DNA of 64,000 bases from Gemmatimonadales bacterium (lineage in GTDB: Bacteria; Gemmatimonadota; Gemmatimonadetes; Gemmatimonadales; GWC2-71-9): contig DATLXS010000182.1 of NCBI GenBank assembly GCA_035575675.1, forward strand, positions 880-64,879, written 5' to 3'. Positions 9,801 to 19,970 of the stretch are shown piece after piece (the first letter of the stretch is position 1; every line of letters begins with the position of its first letter). Below the pieces are notes generated by a model. It saw only the letters and a program-made list of their open reading frames with translations. It did no database searches and was not told the origin of the DNA. Position numbers and translations under genes: made by a program.

Positions 9801-11214
9801 GGCCAGCCTCCACCGGCGACTCCCGCGCGGTGTAGTTGTCGAATCGGGTGTACTCCTTCTTGAAGTGCAGCTTCACCGTCCCGGTCGGGCCGTTGCGCTG
9901 CTTGCCGACGATCACCTCGGCGAGGCCCTCGATGCTTTCGTTGGTCTTGGGATCGACGGGCCCGTCATAGAATTCCTGCCGGTAGATGAAGCACACGACG
10001 TCGGCGTCCTGCTCGATCGCGCCCGATTCGCGGAGGTCCGACAGCTGGGGCCGCCGGTGCTCGCCACCGCGCTGCTCCGGCGCGCGCGACAGCTGCGAGA
10101 TCGCCACGACCGGAACGTCGAGCTCCTTGGCCAGCGCCTTGAGCGAGCGCGAGATGTAGGAAATCTCCTGCTGGCGGTTCTCGACGTCGCCCGGACCTTG
10201 CATGAGCTGCAGATAGTCGACGATCACGAGCGAAATATTGTGCTCGGATTTCAACCGCCGTGCCTTCGAGCGCATGGCGAGCGGCGTCAAGGAGCCGGAA
10301 TCGTCAATCCAGATCGGCGCCGTGCCGAGCAACCCCGCCGCCCGCGCGAGTTTGGGATAGTCGTCATCCCGCAGCTGTCCGCGGCGCAGCCGTTGCGCAT
10401 CGACCAGCCCCTCCGAACACAGGAGCCGCTGCACCAACGCGTCCTTCGACATTTCGATCGAGAAAAAGGCGACGCCCGTGTTGTGCTCGATCGCGGCGTG
10501 CTGGACGATGTTCAGCGCCAGCGCCGTTTTTCCCATCGACGGCCGGGCGGCGATAATGACCAGATCGGCGCGCTGGAACCCCGCCGTCAGACGATCCAGA
10601 TCGACGAACCCGCTGGGCACCCCGGTGACCGAGCCGGCCCCGGACTGGAGCTGCTCGATCCGCTCCATCGTCGGCCAGATGAGCTCCTTGATCCGGATGA
10701 ATTCCTCAGCGCGGCGGAACTGCGCGACCTGAAAGACGCGATGCTCGGCGTTGTCGAGCACCTCGCCGGCGGAGCCGTGCCCCTCATAGACGTCCTGGAT
10801 GATCCCCGTTGCCGCTTCGACGAGGCGGCGGAGCACCGCCTTGTCCCGGATGATCTTGGCGTGATACTCGACGTTGGCGGCGGTGGGCACGACGTCGATC
10901 AGCGCGGCGATGTACTCCATCCCGCCCGCGCGATCGAGGTCGCCGCGGCGGCTCAGCTCGTCGCGGATCGTCACGGGATCGATGACATCGCCGCGCTCGG
11001 TCAGGGAAATCATCGAGCGGAACAGCAGCCGGTGGCTTTCCTTGTAGAACATCGTGTCGTCCAGGATTTCGGCGGCTTTGAGCGCCGCATCCTGGTCGAG
11101 CACCATCGCGCCGAGGACCGCCTGCTCCGCCTCGTTGCTCCACGGCGTCTGGCGGCCGGCGAACTCGCCGGCTCTGTCAGCGCTCGAGGAGGCGAGCTGC
11201 GATACGGACGTCAT
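9793..11214 (-). CDS. dnaB: Replicative DNA helicase
   Basis: 473 aa. N-terminal PWSNEAEQAVLGAM, Walker A AARPSMGKTA, IVDYLQLM and SQLSR motifs. Confidence 0.95.
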   Translation of the reverse strand: MTSVSQLASSSADRAGEFAGRQTPWSNEAEQAVLGAMVLDQDAALKAAEILDDTMFYKESHRLLFRSMISLTERGDVIDPVTIRDELSRRGDLDRAGGMEYIAALIDVVPTAANVEYHAKIIRDKAVLRRLVEAATGIIQDVYEGHGSAGEVLDNAEHRVFQVAQFRRAEEFIRIKELIWPTMERIEQLQSGAGSVTGVPSGFVDLDRLTAGFQRADLVIIAARPSMGKTALALNIVQHAAIEHNTGVAFFSIEMSKDALVQRLLCSEGLVDAQRLRRGQLRDDDYPKLARAAGLLGTAPIWIDDSGSLTPLAMRSKARRLKSEHNISLVIVDYLQLMQGPGDVENRQQEISYISRSLKALAKELDVPVVAISQLSRAPEQRGGEHRRPQLSDLRESGAIEQDADVVCFIYRQEFYDGPVDPKTNESIEGLAEVIVGKQRNGPTGTVKLHFKKEYTRFDNYTARESPVEAGRV

Positions 11215-11986
11215 CCCAGGTTGGTCTCTTCCAGTTGGGGTTCCGGAGCAGCGCCGCCGGGTGATACGTGACGATCACAGGGGTGCCGCGGAACCGGTGA
11301 ACCTGATTGCGTAATGAGCCGAGGGACTGCTTGGTGTTGAGCACGCTCTGCGCCGCCGTCCCGCCCATGGCGAGAATGACCTTCGGCTTCACGAGCTCGA
11401 TCTGGCGGTGGAGGTAAGGGAGGCACGCCGCGATTTCGTCGTATTGCGGCAACCGGTTTTCCGGCGGCCGGCACTTCACGACATTGCAGATGAAGACCTG
11501 ATCGCGCGGCAGCTTGATCGCCTCGAGGATCTTCGTGAGCAGCTCGCCCGCCCGGCCGACGAAGGGACGGCCGGTCTCGTCTTCGGTCTTGCCCGGCCCC
11601 TCGCCGATCACCACCAGGCGCGCGGTGGCCGGACCTTCGCCCGGGACGGTGTTCGTGCGGCGTTCGCACAGCTTGCACTTGCGGCATTCCGCGATGAGCG
11701 CCGCGACGGCCGCGAGCGACTGGGTCTGCTGGATCGGATCGGCGGCGAACAGGTCGCTCGACGGCGGATCGAACCTCAGGCCCGCAGGTGGAAGATCGGC
11801 GGCAATGTGGGTTTTCCCCGGGCTTGCGCCGGGGGTGAGAACTGCGGGAGCGGCTGTGGCTGTTTGGTCGTCTAACCCCGGACGCAAGTCGGGGGTTGGC
11901 GAGATGGTCGGGAGAATCACGGAATCTCCCCCCAAGAGCCGCTGCTGTTTTAAGTATTCCGCTGCCAGAGCCCGGCTGTCGGTCAA
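11177..11986 (-). CDS. Uracil-DNA glycosylase, family 4
   Basis: 269 aa. CRKCKLC..VPGEGP..VIGEGPGKTEDETGRPFVGRAGELL and the HPAALLRNP C-terminal motif. Confidence 0.85.
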   Translation of the reverse strand: MTDSRALAAEYLKQQRLLGGDSVILPTISPTPDLRPGLDDQTATAAPAVLTPGASPGKTHIAADLPPAGLRFDPPSSDLFAADPIQQTQSLAAVAALIAECRKCKLCERRTNTVPGEGPATARLVVIGEGPGKTEDETGRPFVGRAGELLTKILEAIKLPRDQVFICNVVKCRPPENRLPQYDEIAACLPYLHRQIELVKPKVILAMGGTAAQSVLNTKQSLGSLRNQVHRFRGTPVIVTYHPAALLRNPNWKRPTWDDVRIAARLLER

Positions 11987-13179
11987 AGCGCCTCTTCCAC
12001 GACGTCGAGGATGCGTTCGGCCACATCGCGCTTGGGCAGCAACGGCAAGTCGACTTGCGTACCGTTGCGTCCCAGGATCGTCACGCGATTGGTCGTGACC
12101 TCGAATCCGGCGCCGGGCTCAGTGGCGTCATTCAGGATCACGAAATCCAGCGCTTTATTCTGCATCTTGGACCGCGCGTTCGCGAGTCCGTTGCCCGTCT
12201 CCAGCGCGAACCCGACGACCACCATCCCCTTGCGCCGTTTGAGCGAGCCCAGTATGTCGGGCGTCGCTTCGAGCTCCACGGTCAACGCGCCGGCGCTCCG
12301 CGCGCGTTTCTTGTCGGCCGGACTCTTGGGCCGGTAGTCCGCGGGCGCGGCGCACATGATGAGGGCGTCGGCGTTCGGGACGAGGGACGCGAGTGCCTGC
12401 TGCATCTCTTCCGTCGTCTCGATGCGTGTGGTCTCGAGGCCTGGAGGCGGAGTCAATTCTGTGGGCCCGGTGACGAGCGCCACGTTGGCGCCGCGCGCAC
12501 GCGCCGCCTCCGCGAGGGCGTACCCCATCCGGCCGCTCGAAGGGTTCGTAATCACGCGCACCGGGTCGAGATGCTCGCGCGTCGGCCCCGCGGTCACCAC
12601 GACGCGCTTGCCGAACCACTTGCTCGTGGTGGTCTGTCCCAGCAGCCGCTCGGCCGCCGCGAAGATCGCGTCCGGCTCGCTCATCCGCCCCGGTCGTTCA
12701 CTCGGCCCTTCGGCGAGCGCGCCGATCTCCGGCCCCACGAAGTGCCAGCCGCGCGCGCGGAGCGCGCTGATGTTCGCGGTCGTGGCGGGGTTCGCATACA
12801 TCGCGTCGTTCATGGCGGGCGCCGCGAGCACGGGTCGATCGGCACGCGCGAGCAGCAGCGCGGTCAACAGGTCGTCCGCCATCCCCATCGCGCAGCGCGC
12901 CAGGGTGTTGGCGGTCGCCGGCGCGAGGATGATGAGGTCGGGGTGTTTCGCGAGATCGATGTGGGCCAGCGCGCGTCCCCGCTCCCACAACGACGTGAGC
13001 ACGGGGCGCCCCGTGAGCGCCTCGAACGTCAGCGGACGCACGAACTCGGCCGCTGCCGCCGTCAGCGCCACGTCGACCGTGGCGCCCGCTTCGGTCAGGC
13101 GGCGCGCCAGGATACAGCTCTTGTAACACGCGATTCCGCCCGACACGCCGAGCACGACGTGACGGCCGGCGAACGGCAT
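11983..13179 (-). CDS. coaBC: Bifunctional phosphopantothenoylcysteine decarboxylase / phosphopantothenate-cysteine ligase
   Basis: MPFAGRHVVLGVSGGIACYKS flavoprotein N-terminus and a C-terminal CoaB domain. ATG at 13179 shares 1 nt with the rpoZ stop (TGATG). The ORF-track extension to 13275 lies inside rpoZ. Confidence 0.9.
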   Translation of the reverse strand: MPFAGRHVVLGVSGGIACYKSCILARRLTEAGATVDVALTAAAAEFVRPLTFEALTGRPVLTSLWERGRALAHIDLAKHPDLIILAPATANTLARCAMGMADDLLTALLLARADRPVLAAPAMNDAMYANPATTANISALRARGWHFVGPEIGALAEGPSERPGRMSEPDAIFAAAERLLGQTTTSKWFGKRVVVTAGPTREHLDPVRVITNPSSGRMGYALAEAARARGANVALVTGPTELTPPPGLETTRIETTEEMQQALASLVPNADALIMCAAPADYRPKSPADKKRARSAGALTVELEATPDILGSLKRRKGMVVVGFALETGNGLANARSKMQNKALDFVILNDATEPGAGFEVTTNRVTILGRNGTQVDLPLLPKRDVAERILDVVEEAL

Positions 13180-13394
13180 CAGGTTTCCTGCGAGCGCCGC
13201 CGCCGCACCAGGCGGTACTTGAGGCCGCCGCGGACGAGCTCGTCGAACGCGCGCGTGGTGAGCTTCTCCTCCCAATCCACTGACCGGTCGCGGGGGAAAT
13301 CATTCACGAAGCGTGCGAACTTGGCGGCCACGAGGACGCCCAGGTACTTGTTCTGTGTCTGTCCTGCGACTTCTGCCGGTGTCACGATCCGCAT
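13179..13394 (-). CDS. rpoZ: DNA-directed RNA polymerase subunit omega
   Basis: 71 aa. Sits in the conserved gmk-rpoZ-coaBC order, with an NKYLGVLVAAKFARFVN omega-like helix. Confidence 0.7.
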   Translation of the reverse strand: MRIVTPAEVAGQTQNKYLGVLVAAKFARFVNDFPRDRSVDWEEKLTTRAFDELVRGGLKYRLVRRRRSQET

Positions 13395-13409
13395 TGCTCA
13401 GCCTTTCGG

Positions 13410-14060
13410 TTAGTGCAGCTCATCGTACAGTGTTCGGAGCATCCGTCCGTAATTCGTGATCCATTCAAAGTCTTTCTTGTCGCGCGTGCGCCCGCGCGCG
13501 CTATTCTCGTTCGCGATCGCCACCACCTGGGCGACCGCGGTCGTCAGATCGTCGTTCCGAATCCAGCGGTCGAACAGCGTCGCCTGCTGCAGCTCGTACT
13601 CGGCCCGGTCGAGCCGCCACCGGATCTGCTCGATCGACTCGCTCTTCCGCTGCCGCAGCCGCTCGAGCAGCACCCGCGGTTCGCTCGGCAGAATGAAGAT
13701 CGACATCGAGCGCGGCGGGGGATACTGCTCGCGCACCTGCCTCGCGCCTTCGACTTCGATGTCCAGCAGCACGTGCCTGCCGGCGCTCCAGACCTTCTCG
13801 ACTTCCCGCTTCAGCGTGCCGTAAAGCTCGCCGCCGTACTCCGCGTACTCGAGGAAGTGTCCCGCGCCCACGGCCTCGAGAAACTGCGACCGCCCCAGAA
13901 AATGATAATCGACGCCGTCGTGCTCGTTCTCGCGGGGCTTGCGCGTCGTCGCCGAGACGGAGAATCCGAAGCCGTCCGGGTGTTTCTCGCGCACCGCCCT
14001 CGCGATCGTCGTCTTGCCGCCACCCGATGGCGCGGACAAGACGACTATTCGTGGCGTCAC
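13410..14060 (-). CDS. gmk: Guanylate kinase
   Basis: 216 aa. P-loop SAPSGGGKTT and TTRKPRENEHDGVDYHF. Confidence 0.95.
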   Translation of the reverse strand: MTPRIVVLSAPSGGGKTTIARAVREKHPDGFGFSVSATTRKPRENEHDGVDYHFLGRSQFLEAVGAGHFLEYAEYGGELYGTLKREVEKVWSAGRHVLLDIEVEGARQVREQYPPPRSMSIFILPSEPRVLLERLRQRKSESIEQIRWRLDRAEYELQQATLFDRWIRNDDLTTAVAQVVAIANENSARGRTRDKKDFEWITNYGRMLRTLYDELH

Positions 14061-14950
14061 TCCAGATTCTCCAGCTGCTCCCGGAACTTCTCGAGGTCAC
14101 CCTTCATCGCGATCACCGTCTGCGTGATGCGGGCGTCGTTCGCTTTGGAGCCCATCGTGTTGACTTCGCGCAGCAGCTCCTGCGCCAGGAACCCGAGCTG
14201 CTTCCCCACCGCTTGCTCGGACTGCAGCGCCGCGCGGGCCGCCGCCACGTGCGCCTCGAAGCGCACCAGCTCCTCCGTGATATCCAGCTTGTCCGCCAGC
14301 AAGGCGATCTCGAGCGCCAGCCGCTGCTCGTCCACCGTCGCCTGCGCCGTCAGCTCGGCGACGGCCTGTTTGAGTCGCGCATGCTCGGCCTTGAGCCGCG
14401 CCGGGGCCTGCGCTTCGACGGCCCGCGCGCCGGCCTCGAGCGTATCGAGCCGGCGGCTCAGCTCGCCGACCAGTGCCTTCCCTTCCCGCTCGCGCATGGC
14501 CACGACGTCCCGGGCGGCGCGCTCGACGATGGTCTGGATGTCCGACCACTGCACGAGCTGCTCGCCTCCTCCTGCTCCGCTCCCGCCATTCGTCGCCGTG
14601 ATGACGTCAGGCTGCCGCGCCACGAATGCGAGATCCACCGTGCCCTTCAGCTTCAACTTCTTCTTGAGCTGCTGCGCCGCCGCCATCACCTGCCGGGCGC
14701 GCTCCAAGTCGACCGCGACCGCGCGCTCGGGACCTGGCGCCTCGACCCAGCGGGCCGTCACCGCCACATGCCCCCGCTCGAGCAGCTGGCGCAGGCGCTC
14801 GCGCAGTTCGGTCTCGACCCCGGCCAGGTCAGCCGGCAGCTTCAGCTGCGGGTTGAAATAGCGGTGGTTGACGGTGCGGATGTCGACTCGCAGCCGTCCG
14901 CGGAGCACTCGATCTTCGGCGGAGCCGAAGCCTGTCATACTACGCGGCAC
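14057..14950 (-). CDS. yicC: YicC-family stress-induced protein
   Basis: 297 aa. SMTGFG N-terminus and the C-terminal LREVNTMGSKAND motif. 4-nt overlap with gmk. Confidence 0.85.
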   Translation of the reverse strand: MPRSMTGFGSAEDRVLRGRLRVDIRTVNHRYFNPQLKLPADLAGVETELRERLRQLLERGHVAVTARWVEAPGPERAVAVDLERARQVMAAAQQLKKKLKLKGTVDLAFVARQPDVITATNGGSGAGGGEQLVQWSDIQTIVERAARDVVAMREREGKALVGELSRRLDTLEAGARAVEAQAPARLKAEHARLKQAVAELTAQATVDEQRLALEIALLADKLDITEELVRFEAHVAAARAALQSEQAVGKQLGFLAQELLREVNTMGSKANDARITQTVIAMKGDLEKFREQLENLE

Positions 14951-14975
14951 AGGGCGTTAAATGTAGTCGGGTGCG

Positions 14976-16763
14976 CTAGTTATTGAAGAACCACCGGGCG
15001 CCATACTGCTGCGCCGCCCTGGGATACCCCAGCCCCTCGACGAAGCTCGAGCGCATGATGTTGATGTTCTGCACGCTCCAGAAGATCGTGACCCCGGCGA
15101 GCTGCATCTCGAGGTCGGTGTCGACGAAGCTCGATCCGGCCATCGCCCGCTTCGCGCCGGTGCTGTCGAGCCCTCCCAGCGCCGACCGGCTCCAGGACTC
15201 CATCGCCACCTCGCCGCGCAGGGCGAAGATCCCGCTCTTGAAGACGCGCCAGAATTTCGAGTAGAACGTTGCCGACACGCGCCCGTGGCGGGGCGGCTCG
15301 AAATCGCCCCCGCCCACGGCCGGGTCGAAGTACCACCCGGCCAGCGCGAATCCGGGCGCGAGCCGAATCATCGCGCGGGCCGCGACGAATTCTGTGAGCG
15401 GCGTGGGATTCAGCGAGTCGACGGTCTTGATCCCGTCCGCGAACCCGAGCGGCGCGAACGGATCGCGCCTGCCGCGCCCCACCTCCAGCGTCAGCAGGCG
15501 ATTCTCGAAGCGTACCCACCCCGCGACGTCGAGCGTCTGTTGCACCTGATCGGTGGTCACGAATGGTGCCTGCACGTCGTGCTGCCACGCCACCTCGACC
15601 CGCGCCGAGACGCCAAGCGGCAGCGTCAGTCCCGCCGTGGCGAATGCCCGGACACCGGCGCGATGATTGGAGTAGTCCGTCTGGCGAATCGTTCCCGCGA
15701 GCGTGAGGGGAGGGATCGGCATCCATCCGGCGCGCCCTTCGAACTGCTGCGGCATGCCGGCGGCGCCAACGCGCGCAATCGCGGTGACGCTGGCATGGGG
15801 CCACGCCTGAATGGCCTCGACGCTGGCCACTGAGATGGTCCGCTCCGCAACCAGGGTGTCATGGCTGATCCCGCTGGTCCCTACCGTGGCCGTGAATCGC
15901 CACCCGAGGCCGTCATCGCGCTGCGCGACGAACAGCCGCAATTGCCGGTCGCGGCGATCCTGGCGCCACGGGTCCACGCGGCCGTCGGGCGCGGCGGACC
16001 GGTGCCAACTCGAGCTCGACACCTGGAAGGATGCGCCGAGCCGTCCACCTTCCGGGACGTAATCGGCCTTCAGCCAGATATCGCTCGTGCCGAACGGCGG
16101 GCTCGTGTGGCCGGGTAAGCCGACGCCGATGCTGGCCCAATCGGCGAGCATCGAGATGCCGAACCCCGATCGGGCGCGCGTGGCATAGCCTGCCCGATAA
16201 TCGGCGATGTCTTGCTGGCCGGTGACGATTCCGATCTGGGTGCGCGGCGTCGTCGAGCGGTGCTGCGCGGTCACGAGATAGACGCGGAGCGATGCGGGCA
16301 ACACGATGACGTCGGCGCGCTCGATCGGCCCGAGTGGGATCCGCGCCGGATCGAGATAGACGGAGTCACGGCCGAGCGGCAGCATCGGCACGCCGTCCCA
16401 ATAGACCTCGAGTGATGCGGGACCGCGGCCGCCGTACAACACGATCTCGGGTTCTCCATACCAGCCGCCCCGCGCGACAAAGACGCCCGGAATGTGCAGG
16501 AGCAGATCACTCAGCGTGCGCGCGTTCGACAGCAGAACGGAGTCGGTCGTGAAGGTGTAGCGCGTGCCCAGCGGCATGGGGCCGGACATGATGGCGGGCG
16601 CAAACGTCGGCAGCAGGGCGGGCGTCGTGTCGCGCGCCGTGGTATCCCGTGCCGACGTGTCCCGCGCCGCCCTGGCTCGACCCGCCGTATCCACCTGGGC
16701 GGCGAGCGCCGCCGGCAACAGGGCGAGGACGAGGAGGCTCGCCCTCGCCCATGGAGGAATCAC
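14976..16763 (-). CDS. Outer-membrane beta-barrel protein with TonB-dependent-receptor plug-like domain
   Basis: Signal peptide ...LLVLALLPAALAAQ, plug-like LSDLLLHIPGVFVARGG..LYGGRG..VYWDGVPM, and a beta-rich body ending ..GARWFFNN. GTG at 16763 forms a GTGA overlap with the pepA stop. The ORF-track start at 16886 lies inside pepA. Confidence 0.6.
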   Translation of the reverse strand: MIPPWARASLLVLALLPAALAAQVDTAGRARAARDTSARDTTARDTTPALLPTFAPAIMSGPMPLGTRYTFTTDSVLLSNARTLSDLLLHIPGVFVARGGWYGEPEIVLYGGRGPASLEVYWDGVPMLPLGRDSVYLDPARIPLGPIERADVIVLPASLRVYLVTAQHRSTTPRTQIGIVTGQQDIADYRAGYATRARSGFGISMLADWASIGVGLPGHTSPPFGTSDIWLKADYVPEGGRLGASFQVSSSSWHRSAAPDGRVDPWRQDRRDRQLRLFVAQRDDGLGWRFTATVGTSGISHDTLVAERTISVASVEAIQAWPHASVTAIARVGAAGMPQQFEGRAGWMPIPPLTLAGTIRQTDYSNHRAGVRAFATAGLTLPLGVSARVEVAWQHDVQAPFVTTDQVQQTLDVAGWVRFENRLLTLEVGRGRRDPFAPLGFADGIKTVDSLNPTPLTEFVAARAMIRLAPGFALAGWYFDPAVGGGDFEPPRHGRVSATFYSKFWRVFKSGIFALRGEVAMESWSRSALGGLDSTGAKRAMAGSSFVDTDLEMQLAGVTIFWSVQNINIMRSSFVEGLGYPRAAQQYGARWFFNN

Positions 16764-18223
16764 GCGCCGGCGCGTTTGAGCAGGAATTCCGTGAACAGAC
16801 GAACGCCGATCGCCGTTGGCCCCTTCGCGTGTGCTGCGCCTTCGCCCTCGAGGTATGCCGTGCCGGCGATGTCGAGATGGACCCACGGGAAGCTGTCGAC
16901 GAACTCACGGAGGAACCACGCGCCGGCGATGGTACCGGCGGAGCGGCCGCCGGAATTCCTGACGTCGGCGACATCGGACTTGAGCAGCTCCCGGTATTCC
17001 TCCCACAGCGGCAGCGGCCAGCACCGCTCCCCGGCGCGCTCGCCCGCGTCGCGCACTTCCGCGAGCAGGGTCTCGTCGTTGCCGAGCATGCCGATCGCGT
17101 GGTGGCCGAGCGCGATGACCACCGCGCCGGTCAGCGTCGCCACGTCGATGACCGCGGCCGGTTTGTAGCGGCGCGCGTAGGACAACGCGTCGCAGAGAAT
17201 GAGCCGGCCTTCGGCGTCGGTGTTGATGATCTCGATCGTCTTGCCGAGGTGGCTCTTCACCACGTCACCGGGCTTGATGGCGGTCCCGGAGGGCAGGTTT
17301 TCCGTGGCCGGGATCAAACCGACCACGTTGATCTTGGGCTTCAGCCGCCCCAACACTTCGAATGCGCCGAGCACGGCGGTCGCGCCGGACTTGTCGAACT
17401 TCATGTCCTCCATGTTCAGCGCCGGCTTGATCGAGATGCCGCCGGAATCGAACGTCACTCCCTTCCCGATGAGCGCGACAGGGGCTCCGCTGCCACCCTG
17501 GTATTCGAGCACGATGAAACGGGGCTCCTCGGCGCTGCCCTGGGCGACGGCGAGGAGCGCGCCCATCCCTTCCTTCTTTATCTGCGCCGTGTCGAGGATC
17601 GTGACGGTGAACCCGTGCGCCGCACCCAGCTTGCGGGCCTGTTCGGCGAGGTAGCTGGGTGTGCACACGTTCCCCGGTTGCATCTGGAGATTACGCGTGA
17701 AGAGGTAGCCCGCCGCTATGGCGTCGCCGATGCGGCGTCCGGCTTCGGCCGCGGTCTTGTCCGGCGCGTCGACCACCAGCTCGACGGTCTCGATCTCCGG
17801 CTTGGCGTCCTCGGGCTGCTTCTTGAGCTCTGTGAACTGCCAACCGCCTTGCGCGGCGCCTTCGACGACCACCTGGGCCAGCTCGGCGGCGCCGAGGCCT
17901 CCGCGCGCTTCCCGCGACACCGCCAGCGCCAGGGACTTGGTACCCAGGCCCCGTGCGCGTTTCGCGGCGATCGCGCTCGCGCGGCGGATCGAGTTGCGGG
18001 TGATGTCGCCGGGCTTTCCCACACCGACGAGCAAGATGCGCGAAGCTTTGCCGCTGCCGTAGACGAGTAACGTCTCGTCCTTCTTTCCCTTGTAATCCCC
18101 TGACGCGATGGCGCGGTCGAGACTCGCATCCTGGACCGGCGGTGCCGATCCCTGGGCAACGACGACCGCGAGCAGCGGTGTCTCGAGGCTCGCGAGGGGG
18201 CGCGTCGAAACAAGAGTCTTCAT
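16760..18223 (-). CDS. pepA: Leucyl aminopeptidase (M17)
   Basis: M17 signature NTDAEGRL and [14 protein letters not shown] at 18223 (MKTLVSTRP) forms an ATGA overlap with the icd stop. Confidence 0.9.
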   Translation of the reverse strand: MKTLVSTRPLASLETPLLAVVVAQGSAPPVQDASLDRAIASGDYKGKKDETLLVYGSGKASRILLVGVGKPGDITRNSIRRASAIAAKRARGLGTKSLALAVSREARGGLGAAELAQVVVEGAAQGGWQFTELKKQPEDAKPEIETVELVVDAPDKTAAEAGRRIGDAIAAGYLFTRNLQMQPGNVCTPSYLAEQARKLGAAHGFTVTILDTAQIKKEGMGALLAVAQGSAEEPRFIVLEYQGGSGAPVALIGKGVTFDSGGISIKPALNMEDMKFDKSGATAVLGAFEVLGRLKPKINVVGLIPATENLPSGTAIKPGDVVKSHLGKTIEIINTDAEGRLILCDALSYARRYKPAAVIDVATLTGAVVIALGHHAIGMLGNDETLLAEVRDAGERAGERCWPLPLWEEYRELLKSDVADVRNSGGRSAGTIAGAWFLREFVDSFPWVHLDIAGTAYLEGEGAAHAKGPTAIGVRLFTEFLLKRAGA

Positions 18224-19440
18224 GACAGGTGCTCGATGATGGCATCGGCGAAGGCAGACGTGGACACCTCGGTGGCACCCGGCATCTGCCGCGCGAGATC
18301 GTACGTGACGCGCCGGGCCCCGATCGCACCCTCGAGGCCGCGCACAATCGCGTGCGCGACGTCGTCCCAACCCAGCTCTTCGAACATCATGACTCCCGAC
18401 AGGACGACGCTGCTTGGATTGATCTTGTCCTGCCCCGCATACTTGGGCGCCGTGCCGTGCGTCGCTTCGAACACCGCGTAGCCGTCACCCACATTGCCGC
18501 CGGGCGCGAGGCCCAGGCCGCCGACCTGCGCGGCGGCGGCATCGGACAGGTAGTCGCCGTTGAGATTGGGCGAGGCAATGACGGAGTATTCGTCCGGGCG
18601 TAACAACAACTGCTGGAACATGGAATCCGCGATGCGATCCTTGATCATGACCGTGCCGGTGCCTGCTGTGGCCTTGCCACCCTCTGCTTCCGTTACCGTC
18701 TGCTGGCCAAAGCGTTCCTTCGCGATTTCGTATCCCCAGTCGCGGAACGCGCCTTCGGTGAACTTCATGATGTTGCCCTTGTGCACCAGTGTTACCGACG
18801 GGAGGCGGCGCTTGATGGCGTGCTGAATCGCCTTCACGATCAGCCGCTGCGAGCCGAATTTGGACATCGGCTTGATGCCGATCGCGCTGCCTGCGCGGAT
18901 CTTGGCGCTGAAGCGGCTCTGCAGGAATTGGATCACGGCGTCGGCGTCGGCACTGCCCGCCTTGTACTCGATCCCGGCGTAGACGTCTTCGATATTCTCC
19001 CGGAAGATGATGATGTTGAGCTTGCCGGGGGCTTTCATCGGGGACGGGACGCCCTCGAAGTAGCGGACGGGCCGGATGCAGGCGTACAGGTCCAGAATCT
19101 GACGCAACGCGACGTTCAGCGAGCGGATGCCGCCGCCCACCGGTGTCGTCAGCGGTCCTTTGATCGCGACGCGGTGCTCGCGGATGACCGCGAGCGTTTC
19201 TTCAGGCAGCCAGCTTCCGTTCTGATTGAATGATTTCTCTCCGGCCAACACCTCGCGCCACACGACGCTGCGTTTGCCGCCGGAGGTCTTGGCGACTGCC
19301 GCGTCGAACACCTTCGCCGAGGCGCGCCAGATGTCGGGCCCGGTGCCGTCGCCTTCGATGAACGGGATGATTGGATGGTCGGGGACGATCCACTGGCCGT
19401 CCCGGTGGTCGATCTTGCGGCCTGCAACCTGTGTTGGCAT
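18220..19440 (-). CDS. icd: NADP-dependent isocitrate dehydrogenase
   Basis: [14 protein letters not shown] and NLNGDYLSD motifs. ATG at 19440 gives 406 aa. The upstream ORF-track extension has no homology. Confidence 0.95.
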   Translation of the reverse strand: MPTQVAGRKIDHRDGQWIVPDHPIIPFIEGDGTGPDIWRASAKVFDAAVAKTSGGKRSVVWREVLAGEKSFNQNGSWLPEETLAVIREHRVAIKGPLTTPVGGGIRSLNVALRQILDLYACIRPVRYFEGVPSPMKAPGKLNIIIFRENIEDVYAGIEYKAGSADADAVIQFLQSRFSAKIRAGSAIGIKPMSKFGSQRLIVKAIQHAIKRRLPSVTLVHKGNIMKFTEGAFRDWGYEIAKERFGQQTVTEAEGGKATAGTGTVMIKDRIADSMFQQLLLRPDEYSVIASPNLNGDYLSDAAAAQVGGLGLAPGGNVGDGYAVFEATHGTAPKYAGQDKINPSSVVLSGVMMFEELGWDDVAHAIVRGLEGAIGARRVTYDLARQMPGATEVSTSAFADAIIEHLS

Positions 19441-19506
19441 GGCCCCCAGTTTACCACAAAAAGGTGACCGGAGGGAACGGCGGCGGGTTGGGTGGGTAGC
19501 GAACCA

Positions 19507-19950
19507 ATGCGAATCGCACACGCCGCCCTAATTCTCACGCTGGTGACGCTGACGGGCGGCGGCTGCTTTGGCGGCACGGGCTCCGGTCTCGTCGGCACAT
19601 CCGGTGGCGATGGCGGCACCGGCAACGGCGCCGCCGTACTGGACTTCTTCGTCCAGCCGAACACCGCGAACGTCGGTCAGGTGATCTCGCCGCCGGTCGA
19701 GGTCCTCGTCCGCGATTCTCTGGGCAGTATTGACAGCGCGTTCACGGCAAGCATCACGATGGGTCTCGCGTCGAACTCGACCGGCGCGGCACTGGGCGGC
19801 ACGACAACGGTACGACCCACCAATGGAATCGCGACCTTCAGCAATCTCTCCGTCAATGCAGCGGGCACGTACACGCTGCAAGCGAGCGCCGACGGTGCCA
19901 CCAGCGTGACGAGCGGCGCCTTCACGATTACGACCGCGACGGAGCCCTGA
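19507..19950 (+). CDS. Lipoprotein with an Ig-like (Big-type) domain
   Basis: [20 protein letters not shown] is a lipobox-like signal. It is followed by a Gly-rich linker and a beta-rich domain ([23 protein letters not shown]...[21 protein letters not shown]) typical of bacterial Ig-like repeats. Confidence 0.5.
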   Translation: MRIAHAALILTLVTLTGGGCFGGTGSGLVGTSGGDGGTGNGAAVLDFFVQPNTANVGQVISPPVEVLVRDSLGSIDSAFTASITMGLASNSTGAALGGTTTVRPTNGIATFSNLSVNAAGTYTLQASADGATSVTSGAFTITTATEP

Positions 19951-19970
19951 TCATTGGACATTCTACATTC